From Thermoplasmatota archaeon (GTDB taxonomy: Archaea > Thermoplasmatota > E2 > UBA202 > JdFR-43), in assembly GCA_029259015.1 (NCBI GenBank), contig JAPDJQ010000030.1, positions 2,130 through 66,129 on the forward strand: 64,000 nucleotides of DNA, in the 5' to 3' direction. Shown here piece by piece: positions 31,101-39,388 of this stretch. Numbering within the stretch: the first letter of the stretch is position 1; the number at the start of each line of letters is the position of its first letter. The notes below the pieces were generated by a model that saw only the letters and a list, made by a program, of their open reading frames with translations, was not told where the DNA came from and did no database searches. A program made the translations under genes and the position numbers.

Positions 31101-31172
31101 TCCTGCTAAGTCAGCGCCTGCATAAGAACACCAGTTGCAGAGCATGGCAATAATCTTCGGTTTGAAACTCAT
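28131..31172 (-). CDS. Multidomain oxidoreductase: MvhD/FlpD-like domain + NAD(P)-binding/ferredoxin region + NfnB/GltD/SudA-like FAD-[4Fe-4S] domain + C-terminal ferredoxin
   Basis: N-terminus LCNWCSYAGADLAG (MvhD motif); CNNCNICYEVCP; GltD-like FCQTNCPAHVDVRGY, CPHPCEELC, VAVIGSGPAGL, VVVVGGGDVAIDAAR; C-terminal CLSCRECLGCGICGNEC. Confidence 0.75.
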   Translation of the reverse strand: MSFKPKIIAMLCNWCSYAGADLAGVSRFQYPPTTRVIRVMCSTRVEPSFVLKSFLRGADGVLVGGCHLGDCHYVTGNYYTIGKMNTARKLLRYAGIDERRLRLEWISASEGEKFAKVVTEFTEELQKLGPLKDELKDNLALRAAYNASLKPRIRIIAVKERMLTTEGNKYGELYTFYEFNRIADEIIYDEVNEEMIRLLLQEKEASLDEIAERTGLRKEAVFLYLIDFVKRGEAAFKENDGIFSFYYGGEKEKVAEPFVIENFEGGEGITIIGAGAHGIKKAVELAKKGEDVIIVERHPSINKYVIRKHASSLNDDAPYDEFLKFVKEGKIKLLTNAWVKNIDDDTVKIIKYPTRIKQDCNNCNICYEVCPLKTVDRERSLFSRKAVYGREGIPSTFFLEKETPFCQTNCPAHVDVRGYVAKIAEGKFEESVNLIRERLPLPAVLGRVCPHPCEELCRRNGIDKPISIRLLKRFVADWEWEKKGKIDLGKMPANENNKYRVAVIGSGPAGLTVAYELARKGYKVKIFEALPVAGGMLAVGIPPYRLPKDVLKREIDAILEMGVELQLNTRVGKDISFDELRKEYDAVFIGVGAHESRKLGIEGEDLEGVISGVEFLREVNISPETVRAIFQGRKVVVVGGGDVAIDAARCAVRLGSQEVTVLYRRSRNEMPAREEEVKFAEEEGVNIKFMAAPVKIVGKDGKVIGLKCVEMELGEPDESGRRRPIPKEGSEFFMEADTVIAAIGQYPDFSFLPDEIKRTKWGIIVDDKTAATSMPGVFAGGDAVTGPSIVIEAVAWGRRAAHAIDAYLHGKEISFDPVEKDINRLIASWEDIELMKRNVVLSGIEKEERQEISYIPIEERVTTFKEVEILFDEETAIKEAKRCLSCRECLGCGICGNECMKSVIDYDEEEKEIEIKAKDIVIDPEIYFKIDEKSFTPFEVEDMLDLGILMNMEGRKPRKIAFLNGNESKYIEKLRKRIEEMGVKITGEKDAEMLINCDFVEHEYYKRIKRYVK

Positions 31173-32857
31173 TCTATCGCCTCCTCAATTTGTGCCATTA
31201 TCTGCTCATCCTTAAAATGTCGCATGTTAATTGCTTTATGAATGCAGGATGAGCCGCAAGCTCCACATCCCTTACATGCAGCAGGAACATTTTCTGCAAC
31301 CTTCCTACCATCTTTTTCAACAAGCCTCATCGCTCCATATGGACATACTTCAACACACACTCCACATCCCATGCATTTTTCCTCATCTATAACTGGCGTA
31401 TACGGCTCCGCCTTCACATATCCTTTCGCCATTGGAATTGCCGCCCTGCTGGCTGCCGCTACCGCCTGAACGATACATTCATTTATGTCTGCTGGAGCCC
31501 TGCAGGAGCCAGCCATATATATACCATCTGTTGCAAAGTCCACAGGGCGGAGCTTGACATGGGCTTCAAAGAAGAAACCATCTTGGCCCAATGGCACTTT
31601 AAGCATTTGCGATATCTTTTTCGCATCTTCTCTCTGAATTAAAGGAGTTGATAACACTACCAAATCTGCATCAAGTTCAATTTTTCTTCTCAGTCCAGGG
31701 TGATAAAAGCCAACAACCAGTTTTCCATCCTTTTTTTCCAGGGAAGATACCGTTGGAACTGCATCTCTCACCCTTACAAATCTTATCCCTTCTTCTCTTG
31801 CTTTTCTGCAGTAATCCTCATATACCGTGCCATATGTTTGCAGCCCTTTATGAATAATATATATCTGCGATTCTGGTAGCAATTTTTTCAATAGTCGAGC
31901 ATTTTTTATGGAATTCATGCAGCAAATACGAGAGCAATATCTTACTCTCTCTCCTCTTCCTCCGACACACTGTATGAACACAATTTTTTTCCACTTGCCT
32001 ATTTTATTTTCTTTCAAAAGATTTTCCAGTTCAAATTGAGTGATGACATTTTCATATTCATCATAGTTGTACATGTACATTGGTTCATACGGCTTTGCAC
32101 CAATGGCTACAATTATCGTTCCAACCTTTATTTCCCCTTTTTTCTTGCCCTTGATTTTGACATTGAAATTTCCTATATATCCTTCGACGCTTTCAACCTC
32201 GCTTTCTAAAAAAACATGTATCTTCTTTTCCTTCTTTACTTTTTCAAGCAATTCATTTAAAAATTCATTTGCATCTATATTGGAAGGATACAAACTATGA
32301 ACGTGATTCAACAATCCTCCAAGTTTATTTTCCTTTTCAACTATATAAACTTCAAAGCCTTGCTTCGCCAATGATAAAGCGGATGTAATGCCTGCTACTC
32401 CCCCTCCTATTACCAATGCTTTCCTTTCAACCGGTATTTTTATCTCTTCAAGTGGCTCAAGCAGTCTAGCCTTTGCCACTCCCATTCTAACCAAATCCTT
32501 TGCTTTCTCTGTTGCATCTTCCTTTTCTTTCTGATGTACCCATGAGCACTGGTCCCTTATGTTAACAAATTCAAACAAAAATTTATTCAAGCCAGCATCC
32601 TCGCATGCTTTTCTGAAAAGCGGCTCATGAGTACGAGGGGTACAGGAAGCGACAACAACTCTATTCAGTTTATACTCCTTTATTGCATCCATTATTTCCT
32701 GTATTCCGGCATTCGAGCATGTATACATATTCTCCTTTACATACACAACGTCTGGCAGAGTTTTTGCATATTCACATACTTCAGGCACATTAACAAATCC
32801 TGCTATGTTGGTGCCGCAATCGCACACAAATACTCCGATTCTCAACTTCTCTGCCAT
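31169..32857 (-). CDS. hdrA: Heterodisulfide reductase subunit A-like flavoprotein (N-terminal CxCG cluster domain, FAD domain, C-terminal 2x[4Fe-4S])
   Basis: IGVFVCDCGTNIAG, LVIGGGVAGITSAL, CVGGRGERVRYCSRICCM, CMGCGVCVEVCP, CKGCGACGSSC. Start taken at MAEKLRIG; the ORF is open to 32899. Confidence 0.8.
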   Translation of the reverse strand: MAEKLRIGVFVCDCGTNIAGFVNVPEVCEYAKTLPDVVYVKENMYTCSNAGIQEIMDAIKEYKLNRVVVASCTPRTHEPLFRKACEDAGLNKFLFEFVNIRDQCSWVHQKEKEDATEKAKDLVRMGVAKARLLEPLEEIKIPVERKALVIGGGVAGITSALSLAKQGFEVYIVEKENKLGGLLNHVHSLYPSNIDANEFLNELLEKVKKEKKIHVFLESEVESVEGYIGNFNVKIKGKKKGEIKVGTIIVAIGAKPYEPMYMYNYDEYENVITQFELENLLKENKIGKWKKIVFIQCVGGRGERVRYCSRICCMNSIKNARLLKKLLPESQIYIIHKGLQTYGTVYEDYCRKAREEGIRFVRVRDAVPTVSSLEKKDGKLVVGFYHPGLRRKIELDADLVVLSTPLIQREDAKKISQMLKVPLGQDGFFFEAHVKLRPVDFATDGIYMAGSCRAPADINECIVQAVAAASRAAIPMAKGYVKAEPYTPVIDEEKCMGCGVCVEVCPYGAMRLVEKDGRKVAENVPAACKGCGACGSSCIHKAINMRHFKDEQIMAQIEEAIE

Positions 32858-32861
32858 TTTA

Positions 32862-34148
32862 TCACCCTGCCAACTCTGCTGCTTTGGCAGCAGCAGCACT
32901 TGCCTGTATCACACTTTCTGTTATGTCCTTTGGTCTTTCACAACACCCAGCAACAAATATGCCTGGCTTTGTTGTTTCAACGGGATATTTAAGGAAATCC
33001 ACGGTTTTTATAAATCCATGTTCATCTGTTTCTATGCCCAAGACATTGGCTATCTTTTTTGTATCTTTTGCTGGCATGATAGGCGTGGCAAGAATTACCA
33101 TTTCCACCTCCAGTTCTTTTACCTTTCCTTCTTTTTCGTCTTCGTAATATATAATCAGATTCTTTGTTCTCTTATCTTCCTTAATTTCTCCAGGGCGTGC
33201 ATGGATATAAGTTATTTTATAATCTCTCTCTCCTCTCTTGCTATATTCATAAAATCTTTTACTAAAGACCCTCAAGTCAGAATAGAATATGTAAGATTCC
33301 AGATCGTTATAATGCTCATTTGCCAGCATCGCACTCTTTATTGAAACCATGCAGCATACTGATGAACACCACGGGCAACGCTTTACATCTCTGGAACCAA
33401 CGCACTGTATGAACGCGATTTTTTTTGGCCTTCTGCCATCTGGAGAGCATTTTAGGTGGCCATGAGTAGGTCCAGCTGCATTGATAAGGCGTTCATATTC
33501 CATCCAGGTATGAACATTATCATATTTCCCATATCCATATTCATATAAATCACGGGGCTCATATAATGACAGGCCGACGGCGACAATAATGGCTGCAACA
33601 TTGAGCTCGATGATCTGATCCTTCTGATTGTAGTCTATTGCCCCTGCCTTACAAATTTTCTCGCATAATCCGCATCTATTTTTTGTTAATTTTAGGCAAT
33701 ATCTATCATCAATTGTTGCCTTTCTGGGTACAGCCTGAGGAAACGGCAGAAAAATTGCCTTCCTCTTATCCAGATAGCTATTATATTCATTTGGCACTTC
33801 TGTGGGGCATTTTTCCATGCAGTCTCCGCAGCCGGTGCATTTTGTCGCATCCACATATTTCGCCTTTCTTTTCACTTTAACTTTAAAATCTCCTGCCCTT
33901 CCTTCCAGTCCAATGACTTCAGAATACTCAAGAACATCCACATTTGGATGGGAAAAGCATTCATTCATTTTTGGGGCAAGAATACAAATACTGCAATCAT
34001 TGGTGGACATTGTTTTGTCCAGCAATGCCATTCTCCCTCCAATACTGGGTTCTTTTTCTACTAAATAAACATGGATACCTCTATCTGCCAAATCCAAGGC
34101 AGCCTGTATGCCTGCTACTCCTCCTCCTATTATTAATACATCTTTCAT
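32862..34148 (-). CDS. hdrA: Heterodisulfide reductase subunit A-like flavoprotein (FAD domain with inserted ferredoxin, lacking N- and C-terminal cluster domains)
   Basis: LIIGGGVAGIQAALDLA, inserted CTGCGDCMEKCP / CGLCEKICKAGA, CVGSRDVKRCPWCSSVCCM. Confidence 0.8.
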   Translation of the reverse strand: MKDVLIIGGGVAGIQAALDLADRGIHVYLVEKEPSIGGRMALLDKTMSTNDCSICILAPKMNECFSHPNVDVLEYSEVIGLEGRAGDFKVKVKRKAKYVDATKCTGCGDCMEKCPTEVPNEYNSYLDKRKAIFLPFPQAVPRKATIDDRYCLKLTKNRCGLCEKICKAGAIDYNQKDQIIELNVAAIIVAVGLSLYEPRDLYEYGYGKYDNVHTWMEYERLINAAGPTHGHLKCSPDGRRPKKIAFIQCVGSRDVKRCPWCSSVCCMVSIKSAMLANEHYNDLESYIFYSDLRVFSKRFYEYSKRGERDYKITYIHARPGEIKEDKRTKNLIIYYEDEKEGKVKELEVEMVILATPIMPAKDTKKIANVLGIETDEHGFIKTVDFLKYPVETTKPGIFVAGCCERPKDITESVIQASAAAAKAAELAG

Positions 34149-35221
34149 TTTATCATTTCAGCAACTACTTCAACAAAATCTTTTACCTCAATGCCATAAT
34201 TTTCATGGCTGAGAGTGCATTTAAAATGTATCTGGCATTTTGGGCAGGAAGTTATCATAACATCTGCCACCTTTTTTGCCTCTTTAAGCCTTTCCTTTCT
34301 TATTTCTTCCGATTTCCAGTCGCAACTCATCCAGGCAGAGGTACCACAGCAAACAGCTAGTTCTTTATTATGCTCCATTTCCTTGACTTTTATGCCAACT
34401 TTTTTGAGCACATTGCGTGGCTCTTCATATATACCAAGATGCCTTCCAAGACGACATGAATCGTGAAATGTATATTCTTTTCCTGCCTCTCCTCCTTTCA
34501 TATCTTTATCAGCAAGGAATTCTGATATGTGCATTAGTTCAACATCCATGGAAGGATAATCCATTTTGAAAGTCCTGTAACATTCAGGACAGGAAAATAT
34601 TATTTTCTTTGCCTTTCTTTCCTTCAACATCTGCATATTTTTATTCATGAGTTCATTGAATAGCTCCACATTCCCATTCCATAAAGCATCATGTCCGCAG
34701 CATCCATAAATTATTGATGGCTTAACACCATATTTATTGAGTAATTTAACTGTGCTTTCAGCAATACATTTTCCATCAAACCCTATCTCCTTAAACATTA
34801 TATCAAAAAATGGCAGGCAACCAGCAAAATAGATTATATCAGATTTTTCATCTGTTTCCACATTATCAAGCCAGTCCATATCTATGTTTTTTTCCAGCAT
34901 TAACTTTGGTATGCTTTCAAAAACACCTTCATGTGTGGGTATACCTTCATTTCCCTGTTTTCTTGCTCCATTTCTTACCTCTCTCATGAAATGGAGGAAT
35001 TCTACACCAGAAGGACACACTTCCTCGCATAGCCCGCAACCCAAACATTTCCATATGTCCATGCTGTTTAGCACTTCCTCTTCTATACCTATTAAACTCC
35101 TTTCAACAATGCTTGCTGGAGAAAATTTGCCATATATTCTTGTAATTGGACAGATTGAACTGCATTTCCTGCATTCAACGCAATAATATGCTTTTGATTT
35201 CTCTATTATTCCCTCCAGCAC
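34145..35221 (-). CDS. HdrC-HdrB fusion (HdrD-like): 2x[4Fe-4S] ferredoxin N-domain plus two CCG cysteine-rich domains
   Basis: CVECRKCSSICP and CLGCGLCEEVCP, then CCGHD and AVCCGTS CCG-domain motifs. Confidence 0.75.
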   Translation of the reverse strand: MLEGIIEKSKAYYCVECRKCSSICPITRIYGKFSPASIVERSLIGIEEEVLNSMDIWKCLGCGLCEEVCPSGVEFLHFMREVRNGARKQGNEGIPTHEGVFESIPKLMLEKNIDMDWLDNVETDEKSDIIYFAGCLPFFDIMFKEIGFDGKCIAESTVKLLNKYGVKPSIIYGCCGHDALWNGNVELFNELMNKNMQMLKERKAKKIIFSCPECYRTFKMDYPSMDVELMHISEFLADKDMKGGEAGKEYTFHDSCRLGRHLGIYEEPRNVLKKVGIKVKEMEHNKELAVCCGTSAWMSCDWKSEEIRKERLKEAKKVADVMITSCPKCQIHFKCTLSHENYGIEVKDFVEVVAEMIK

Positions 35222-35700
35222 TATTCCACCTTCACTTTTTTCTCCATTTTAAATACTGTAAGAATCTCTTCTATTTTCAGTATCCTTTCATCCTTTTCAT
35301 CAATTTTTTCATCTGAGAGAAGACATTTTTTAATAACAACTTCCTTGCCCTCTCTAACAGCTTCTAAAGCTTTCCCCATATTGAATCTTCTAATACAAAA
35401 AATTAATTTTTCATCTTCCTCCACACATTCATAGCCGCAGTTCAAACAATCAAATGCAGCAGCCTCCCTTTTCTCCACTATCTCATAATATATCCCATCA
35501 TCATATACATGATAAATAGCGGAAGATGGGCAGGATGCTATGCAAATTCCGCAACCCTTACATGAAATAGTATTTACTCTGATTGCATCTCTTGCTTCAT
35601 CATACTCGAAACATTCACATATGGAAACACATATTCTGCATCTTGAACATGCCCTTTCATCTATTGCTACTGAATATTGCTTAAATGTTATCGGGAGCAT
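35221..35700 (-). CDS. 4Fe-4S ferredoxin-domain protein with extra Cys-rich C-terminal segment
   Basis: CSRCRICVSIC, CKGCGICIASCP, plus FDCLNCGYEC...C. Confidence 0.6.
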   Translation of the reverse strand: MLPITFKQYSVAIDERACSRCRICVSICECFEYDEARDAIRVNTISCKGCGICIASCPSSAIYHVYDDGIYYEIVEKREAAAFDCLNCGYECVEEDEKLIFCIRRFNMGKALEAVREGKEVVIKKCLLSDEKIDEKDERILKIEEILTVFKMEKKVKVE

Positions 35701-35742
35701 TTCAAAAGAAAAAACATATCTCTTATTTATCTATTATCGTTG

Positions 35743-36522
35743 CTATAAAATGGCATGCTTAAAATCGGTATATTTGAAAACAGGCCCGTCTATACAGGTG
35801 TAGTATTTGCCACCCATAATACAGTGCCCGCATTTACCCATGCCGCATTTCATCCTTCTTTCCACAGATAAAAATATTTTCTCTTCTTTAATGCCCTCAT
35901 TCAAAAGTTTTTCAACAACTGGTTCAAACATTGCAGGCGGCCCACACACCAGAGCTATTTCATTTCCATTTAGATTTGCATCTTTGATAAAATCGCTCAC
36001 GTATCCTTGCCTTTCTCCTCCCTTTTCAAAAACCTCTATAATTTCTGCATATTCCTTCCATTCTTCCAATTCATTTCTGAAGAGCATATCATCTGGCTTC
36101 TTTACACCATATAAAATTTTCAGCGATTTGCAGAATTCCTTATAAATACATTCTTTTATGAAACTTCTTAAAGGAAGTATTCCAAGCCCTCCAGCAACTA
36201 CAACAACATCCTTTCCCTTCGTTTCTTCCATAGGAAAACCATTTCCAAATGGCCCTCTATATCCGACAAAATCTCCTCTACCAAATTTAAATAAATATGA
36301 TGTTACCCTCCCAATTCTTTTTATACATATTTCAAAATAATCCTTTTCAGAAGGAGCAGAACATATGGAAACAGGAAATTCACCTATACCAGGCAAGGAA
36401 ACTTCAACAAACTGTCCTGGTATGAAATCTATGGATGCTTTAATCCTGAAAAGTTTTTTCTCGAAAGGAAATTGCTGGCAATCCACGATTTTTGCTGGTA
36501 TTGGAAGATAAGGATTCATCAA
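35743..36522 (-). CDS. NfnA/SudB/HydG-like FAD-NAD(P)H oxidoreductase with C-terminal [2Fe-2S] (PyrK fold)
   Basis: FNR-like beta-barrel + Rossmann (VVVAGGLGILPL) and C-terminal CGMGKCGHC...C cluster motif. Confidence 0.7.
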   Translation of the reverse strand: MMNPYLPIPAKIVDCQQFPFEKKLFRIKASIDFIPGQFVEVSLPGIGEFPVSICSAPSEKDYFEICIKRIGRVTSYLFKFGRGDFVGYRGPFGNGFPMEETKGKDVVVVAGGLGILPLRSFIKECIYKEFCKSLKILYGVKKPDDMLFRNELEEWKEYAEIIEVFEKGGERQGYVSDFIKDANLNGNEIALVCGPPAMFEPVVEKLLNEGIKEEKIFLSVERRMKCGMGKCGHCIMGGKYYTCIDGPVFKYTDFKHAIL

Positions 36523-36625
36523 AAATTGAATTAAAACCTTATATATGATTATTTTGCAGCTTATAGTACGTAGCTTATTTTCACCATGGTAAAAACACCA
36601 TTAAAACAGCAAATTTCCACAAAAA

Positions 36626-36952
36626 TTAGCTACTCCAAACTAAAATGTAGTATCCAGTTCCCCATATAGTGTGATATGCATGTCTCGGGTCTCCCTCATT
36701 TCTTATGTAAATTGTTGCCTGCCCTGTAAAATATGGGCCAACTTTTGCTTCCACTTTTAACTCTTTGCAATCCGAGGGAGTGGTAAAGATACCACGTATA
36801 TCCCTTATTCCAAGAACAAGAAAGGTTCTTTTATAAACGGTGTAATGCTGTTTACATTCCTTGTATTCATTACTTTTTTCATTCTGACTAGCTGAAATAA
36901 AAGAAGGCAACAAAAGTAGTGAAATTATGATAATGGCGACGGTCTTTTTCAT
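36626..36952 (-). CDS. Small secreted hypothetical protein
   Basis: Signal peptide MKKTVAIIIISLLLLPSFISAS; 108 aa. Confidence 0.4.
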   Translation of the reverse strand: MKKTVAIIIISLLLLPSFISASQNEKSNEYKECKQHYTVYKRTFLVLGIRDIRGIFTTPSDCKELKVEAKVGPYFTGQATIYIRNEGDPRHAYHTIWGTGYYILVWSS

Positions 36953-37070
36953 AAAAAATTAATTTTTGCAATATTTAAAAGATATTCTATAAAGATTCGT
37001 TGGCAAAATCGGATTTAATCATCTATAAAATCTCTATTCTTTGGCAAATTTTAGATTCAGAACCACTGGC

Positions 37071-37256
37071 CTAACCAAATAGCTGAAGAACTATCATCAG
37101 TATAAGAAACATAAGGGCAGCATACATTATATAAATGTACATTTTTCTTTTTTTAATAAATTGTTCATATTCCTTCCTGCATTTTTCACTGCACACTGCC
37201 TCTCCATACTTAATTGCTTTTCCGCATATTTGACAATGGCTGTGCTGAGGAATCAT
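37071..37256 (-). CDS. Small Zn-ribbon protein with C-terminal TM helix (DUF2116-like)
   Basis: CQICGKAI...CSEKC zinc ribbon; hydrophobic tail; 4-nt overlap with pyrH. Confidence 0.45.
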   Translation of the reverse strand: MIPQHSHCQICGKAIKYGEAVCSEKCRKEYEQFIKKRKMYIYIMYAALMFLILMIVLQLFG

Positions 37257-37909
37257 TTTACCTCCACTACAGTTCCATTAAACTTTTTTCCATATATAGC
37301 ATTTTCCAATTCATCCAATCTTTTTCCATTAACAACAAATGTCTCTATTTTTTCTTCTTCAATGATTCTGCAGGCTATGGAATCGATAACAGCGCTTTCT
37401 CCCGCCTTCTTCCATTCTTCTCCTGCCATTTTTCTAAGCTCCTTTATGCTCATTCTGTCCAGCTTCTTTGCATCCTCGTATTTCTTCGGATCTTTATCAT
37501 ATATGCCATCAACATCTGTTGCTATTATGAGGCGCTCCGCCTTTACTTCCCTAGCAAGCATCGCCGCAACAGCATCCGTTGAATGGCCAGGCGTTGTGCC
37601 GCCCATTATTACTGGCGGAGCCATTTTTGCTGCATCTTCGATGCTTTCTGGAATTTCTTTTTTGAAAAAGGAATTTATCAGCATTGCATTCAGGCGAGTT
37701 GCCATTATTCCAAGCTTATCTAAATATCTCTCATCGCTGCAGAATTTTCTTGCTGCCTGTATATATTCTCTTGCTAATTTTCCACCACCTACAATTATGT
37801 ACAAATCAAAATCCTTTGATGCCTTTTTAATTAAATTTGCTACTTCCTTTATGTAATCTGACTCATTTAAAGAAATGAGCGAGCCTCCTAAAGAAATAAC
37901 GACTTTCAT
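37253..37909 (-). CDS. pyrH: Uridylate (UMP) kinase, archaeal type
   Basis: MKVVISLGGS, IIVGGGKLAREY, amino-acid kinase fold. Confidence 0.85.
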   Translation of the reverse strand: MKVVISLGGSLISLNESDYIKEVANLIKKASKDFDLYIIVGGGKLAREYIQAARKFCSDERYLDKLGIMATRLNAMLINSFFKKEIPESIEDAAKMAPPVIMGGTTPGHSTDAVAAMLAREVKAERLIIATDVDGIYDKDPKKYEDAKKLDRMSIKELRKMAGEEWKKAGESAVIDSIACRIIEEEKIETFVVNGKRLDELENAIYGKKFNGTVVEVK

Positions 37910-38060
37910 TGTTCTGTATTAAAAATATTTTATAAAATGTTTTGGCAGTGTCAACAATGAATGGTTTGATTGGATATTTTTATGGCAGCCAAATAATTCT
38001 CTATCATTTTTCAAAAATTGATTAGGCTAAGAATTTTATAAACATTTTCTATATCATTTC

Positions 38061-38354
38061 ATGCGAAGGTATTCAATAAAACGGGGGCACAAGCCAGACT
38101 TAAATGCCCTGATAAAAAAATATTTTGGTGTTGAAGGAGACGTTGAAAAAGGAATAGAATTTGAAGCAGAGGGAATAGGAAAGATTTACATGAAAAAAGA
38201 GGGAAATGGCTTTATTGTTGACATAACTCCTCCAAAAGAAGTTACTGCTGATTATGCAATACTCAAAAAATGGAATGATTTTTTATTTGAGGCAACTGGA
38301 AGGACTGCTAAAGAAAGAAAAAAACTCATGGAGAAAGAAATCATTAAAAAATGA
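38061..38354 (+). CDS. Hypothetical protein (97 aa), coupled to downstream EamA gene
   Basis: Lys-rich soluble protein; ATGA overlap with the next gene. Confidence 0.4.
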   Translation: MRRYSIKRGHKPDLNALIKKYFGVEGDVEKGIEFEAEGIGKIYMKKEGNGFIVDITPPKEVTADYAILKKWNDFLFEATGRTAKERKKLMEKEIIKK

Positions 38355-38761
38355 AGGGCATAGTGGCTTGGTGCATAGCAGTCATTATACTATGGGGGCT
38401 GTGGGCATTCCTATTTAAAGTTGGTTCCAATGAAATAGGAATAAAAAATGCATTGTTTTATGCATATCTGACAGGCATTATATTAAGCATGGCCATAATT
38501 GCATATTCATTTCCAGAAAATTTTGAAATTAGGAAAGGCGTGCTTTTTATTATTTTATCAACTGTTGTTGGATTTGCTGGAACAATAATATGGTATGTTA
38601 TTTTGCAGAAACACAAAGCAAGCATAATAACTTCTTTCACAGCTCTGTATCCTGTTGTAACTGTTCTACTCAGCATTTTGATTTTAAAGGAAAAACTGTC
38701 TTTGCCCAATGCCATAGGAATTTTGCTTGCGCTGGTAGCAGGAATTCTACTTTCAATGTAA
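38351..38761 (+). CDS. EamA-like (DMT superfamily) half-size transporter
   Basis: 136 aa, 4 TM, EamA domain pattern. Confidence 0.6.
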   Translation: MKGIVAWCIAVIILWGLWAFLFKVGSNEIGIKNALFYAYLTGIILSMAIIAYSFPENFEIRKGVLFIILSTVVGFAGTIIWYVILQKHKASIITSFTALYPVVTVLLSILILKEKLSLPNAIGILLALVAGILLSM

Positions 38762-38832
38762 TGAAAAGAACATTTTCAACATGCTTTCCAGATTTTTTAT
38801 GCCTTTTTGACATAAAATCACTTCATTCATTA

Positions 38833-39357
38833 TCATTCCGTTAAATGCTCAATCAGTATTTTTATTCCGAGAGCAATTAAAATTATGCCACCAACAATTT
38901 CCGCCTTCTCAAATTTCAGTTTGCTAGATATAAAAAAGCCAGATAGACAGATAAAAAAGGTTATTACGCCAATTATCAATGCAGGAAAGAAAATTTCCAC
39001 ACCAATTAATGAAAGAGTTATTCCTGCTGCTAGGGCATCTATGCTCGTAGCAAATGAGAGCACGAGTATGGTGTAGTTGTTTATTTTTATTTCCTTCATT
39101 TCCCCTGCCTCATAAATCATTTTTAAACCAATGGCAAGCAAAAGAAAGAAGGCGATCCAGTGATCAAAGGAAAAAATATAGTTTTTTATGCCTATGCCAG
39201 CACTCCATCCTATAATGGGCATTATTGCCTGAAAACTTCCAAATGATAAAGCCATTTTTAAAGCATGTCTTTTCATTGCCATACCTCCTGCCACAGAAAC
39301 AGCAAATGCATCCATTGAAAGGGCAATGGCAATTAGCAGTATAGAAAGTAAATCCAT
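38833..39357 (-). CDS. mntP: Manganese efflux pump MntP family
   Basis: IALSMDAFAVSVAGG and a second SIDALAAGITLS repeat; 6 TM. Start at internal Met (MDLLSILL); the ORF is open to 39555 and would overlap eno. Confidence 0.7.
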   Translation of the reverse strand: MDLLSILLIAIALSMDAFAVSVAGGMAMKRHALKMALSFGSFQAIMPIIGWSAGIGIKNYIFSFDHWIAFFLLLAIGLKMIYEAGEMKEIKINNYTILVLSFATSIDALAAGITLSLIGVEIFFPALIIGVITFFICLSGFFISSKLKFEKAEIVGGIILIALGIKILIEHLTE

Positions 39358-39388
39358 AGGTAAATAAATAAAATTGATATTATTTTCT

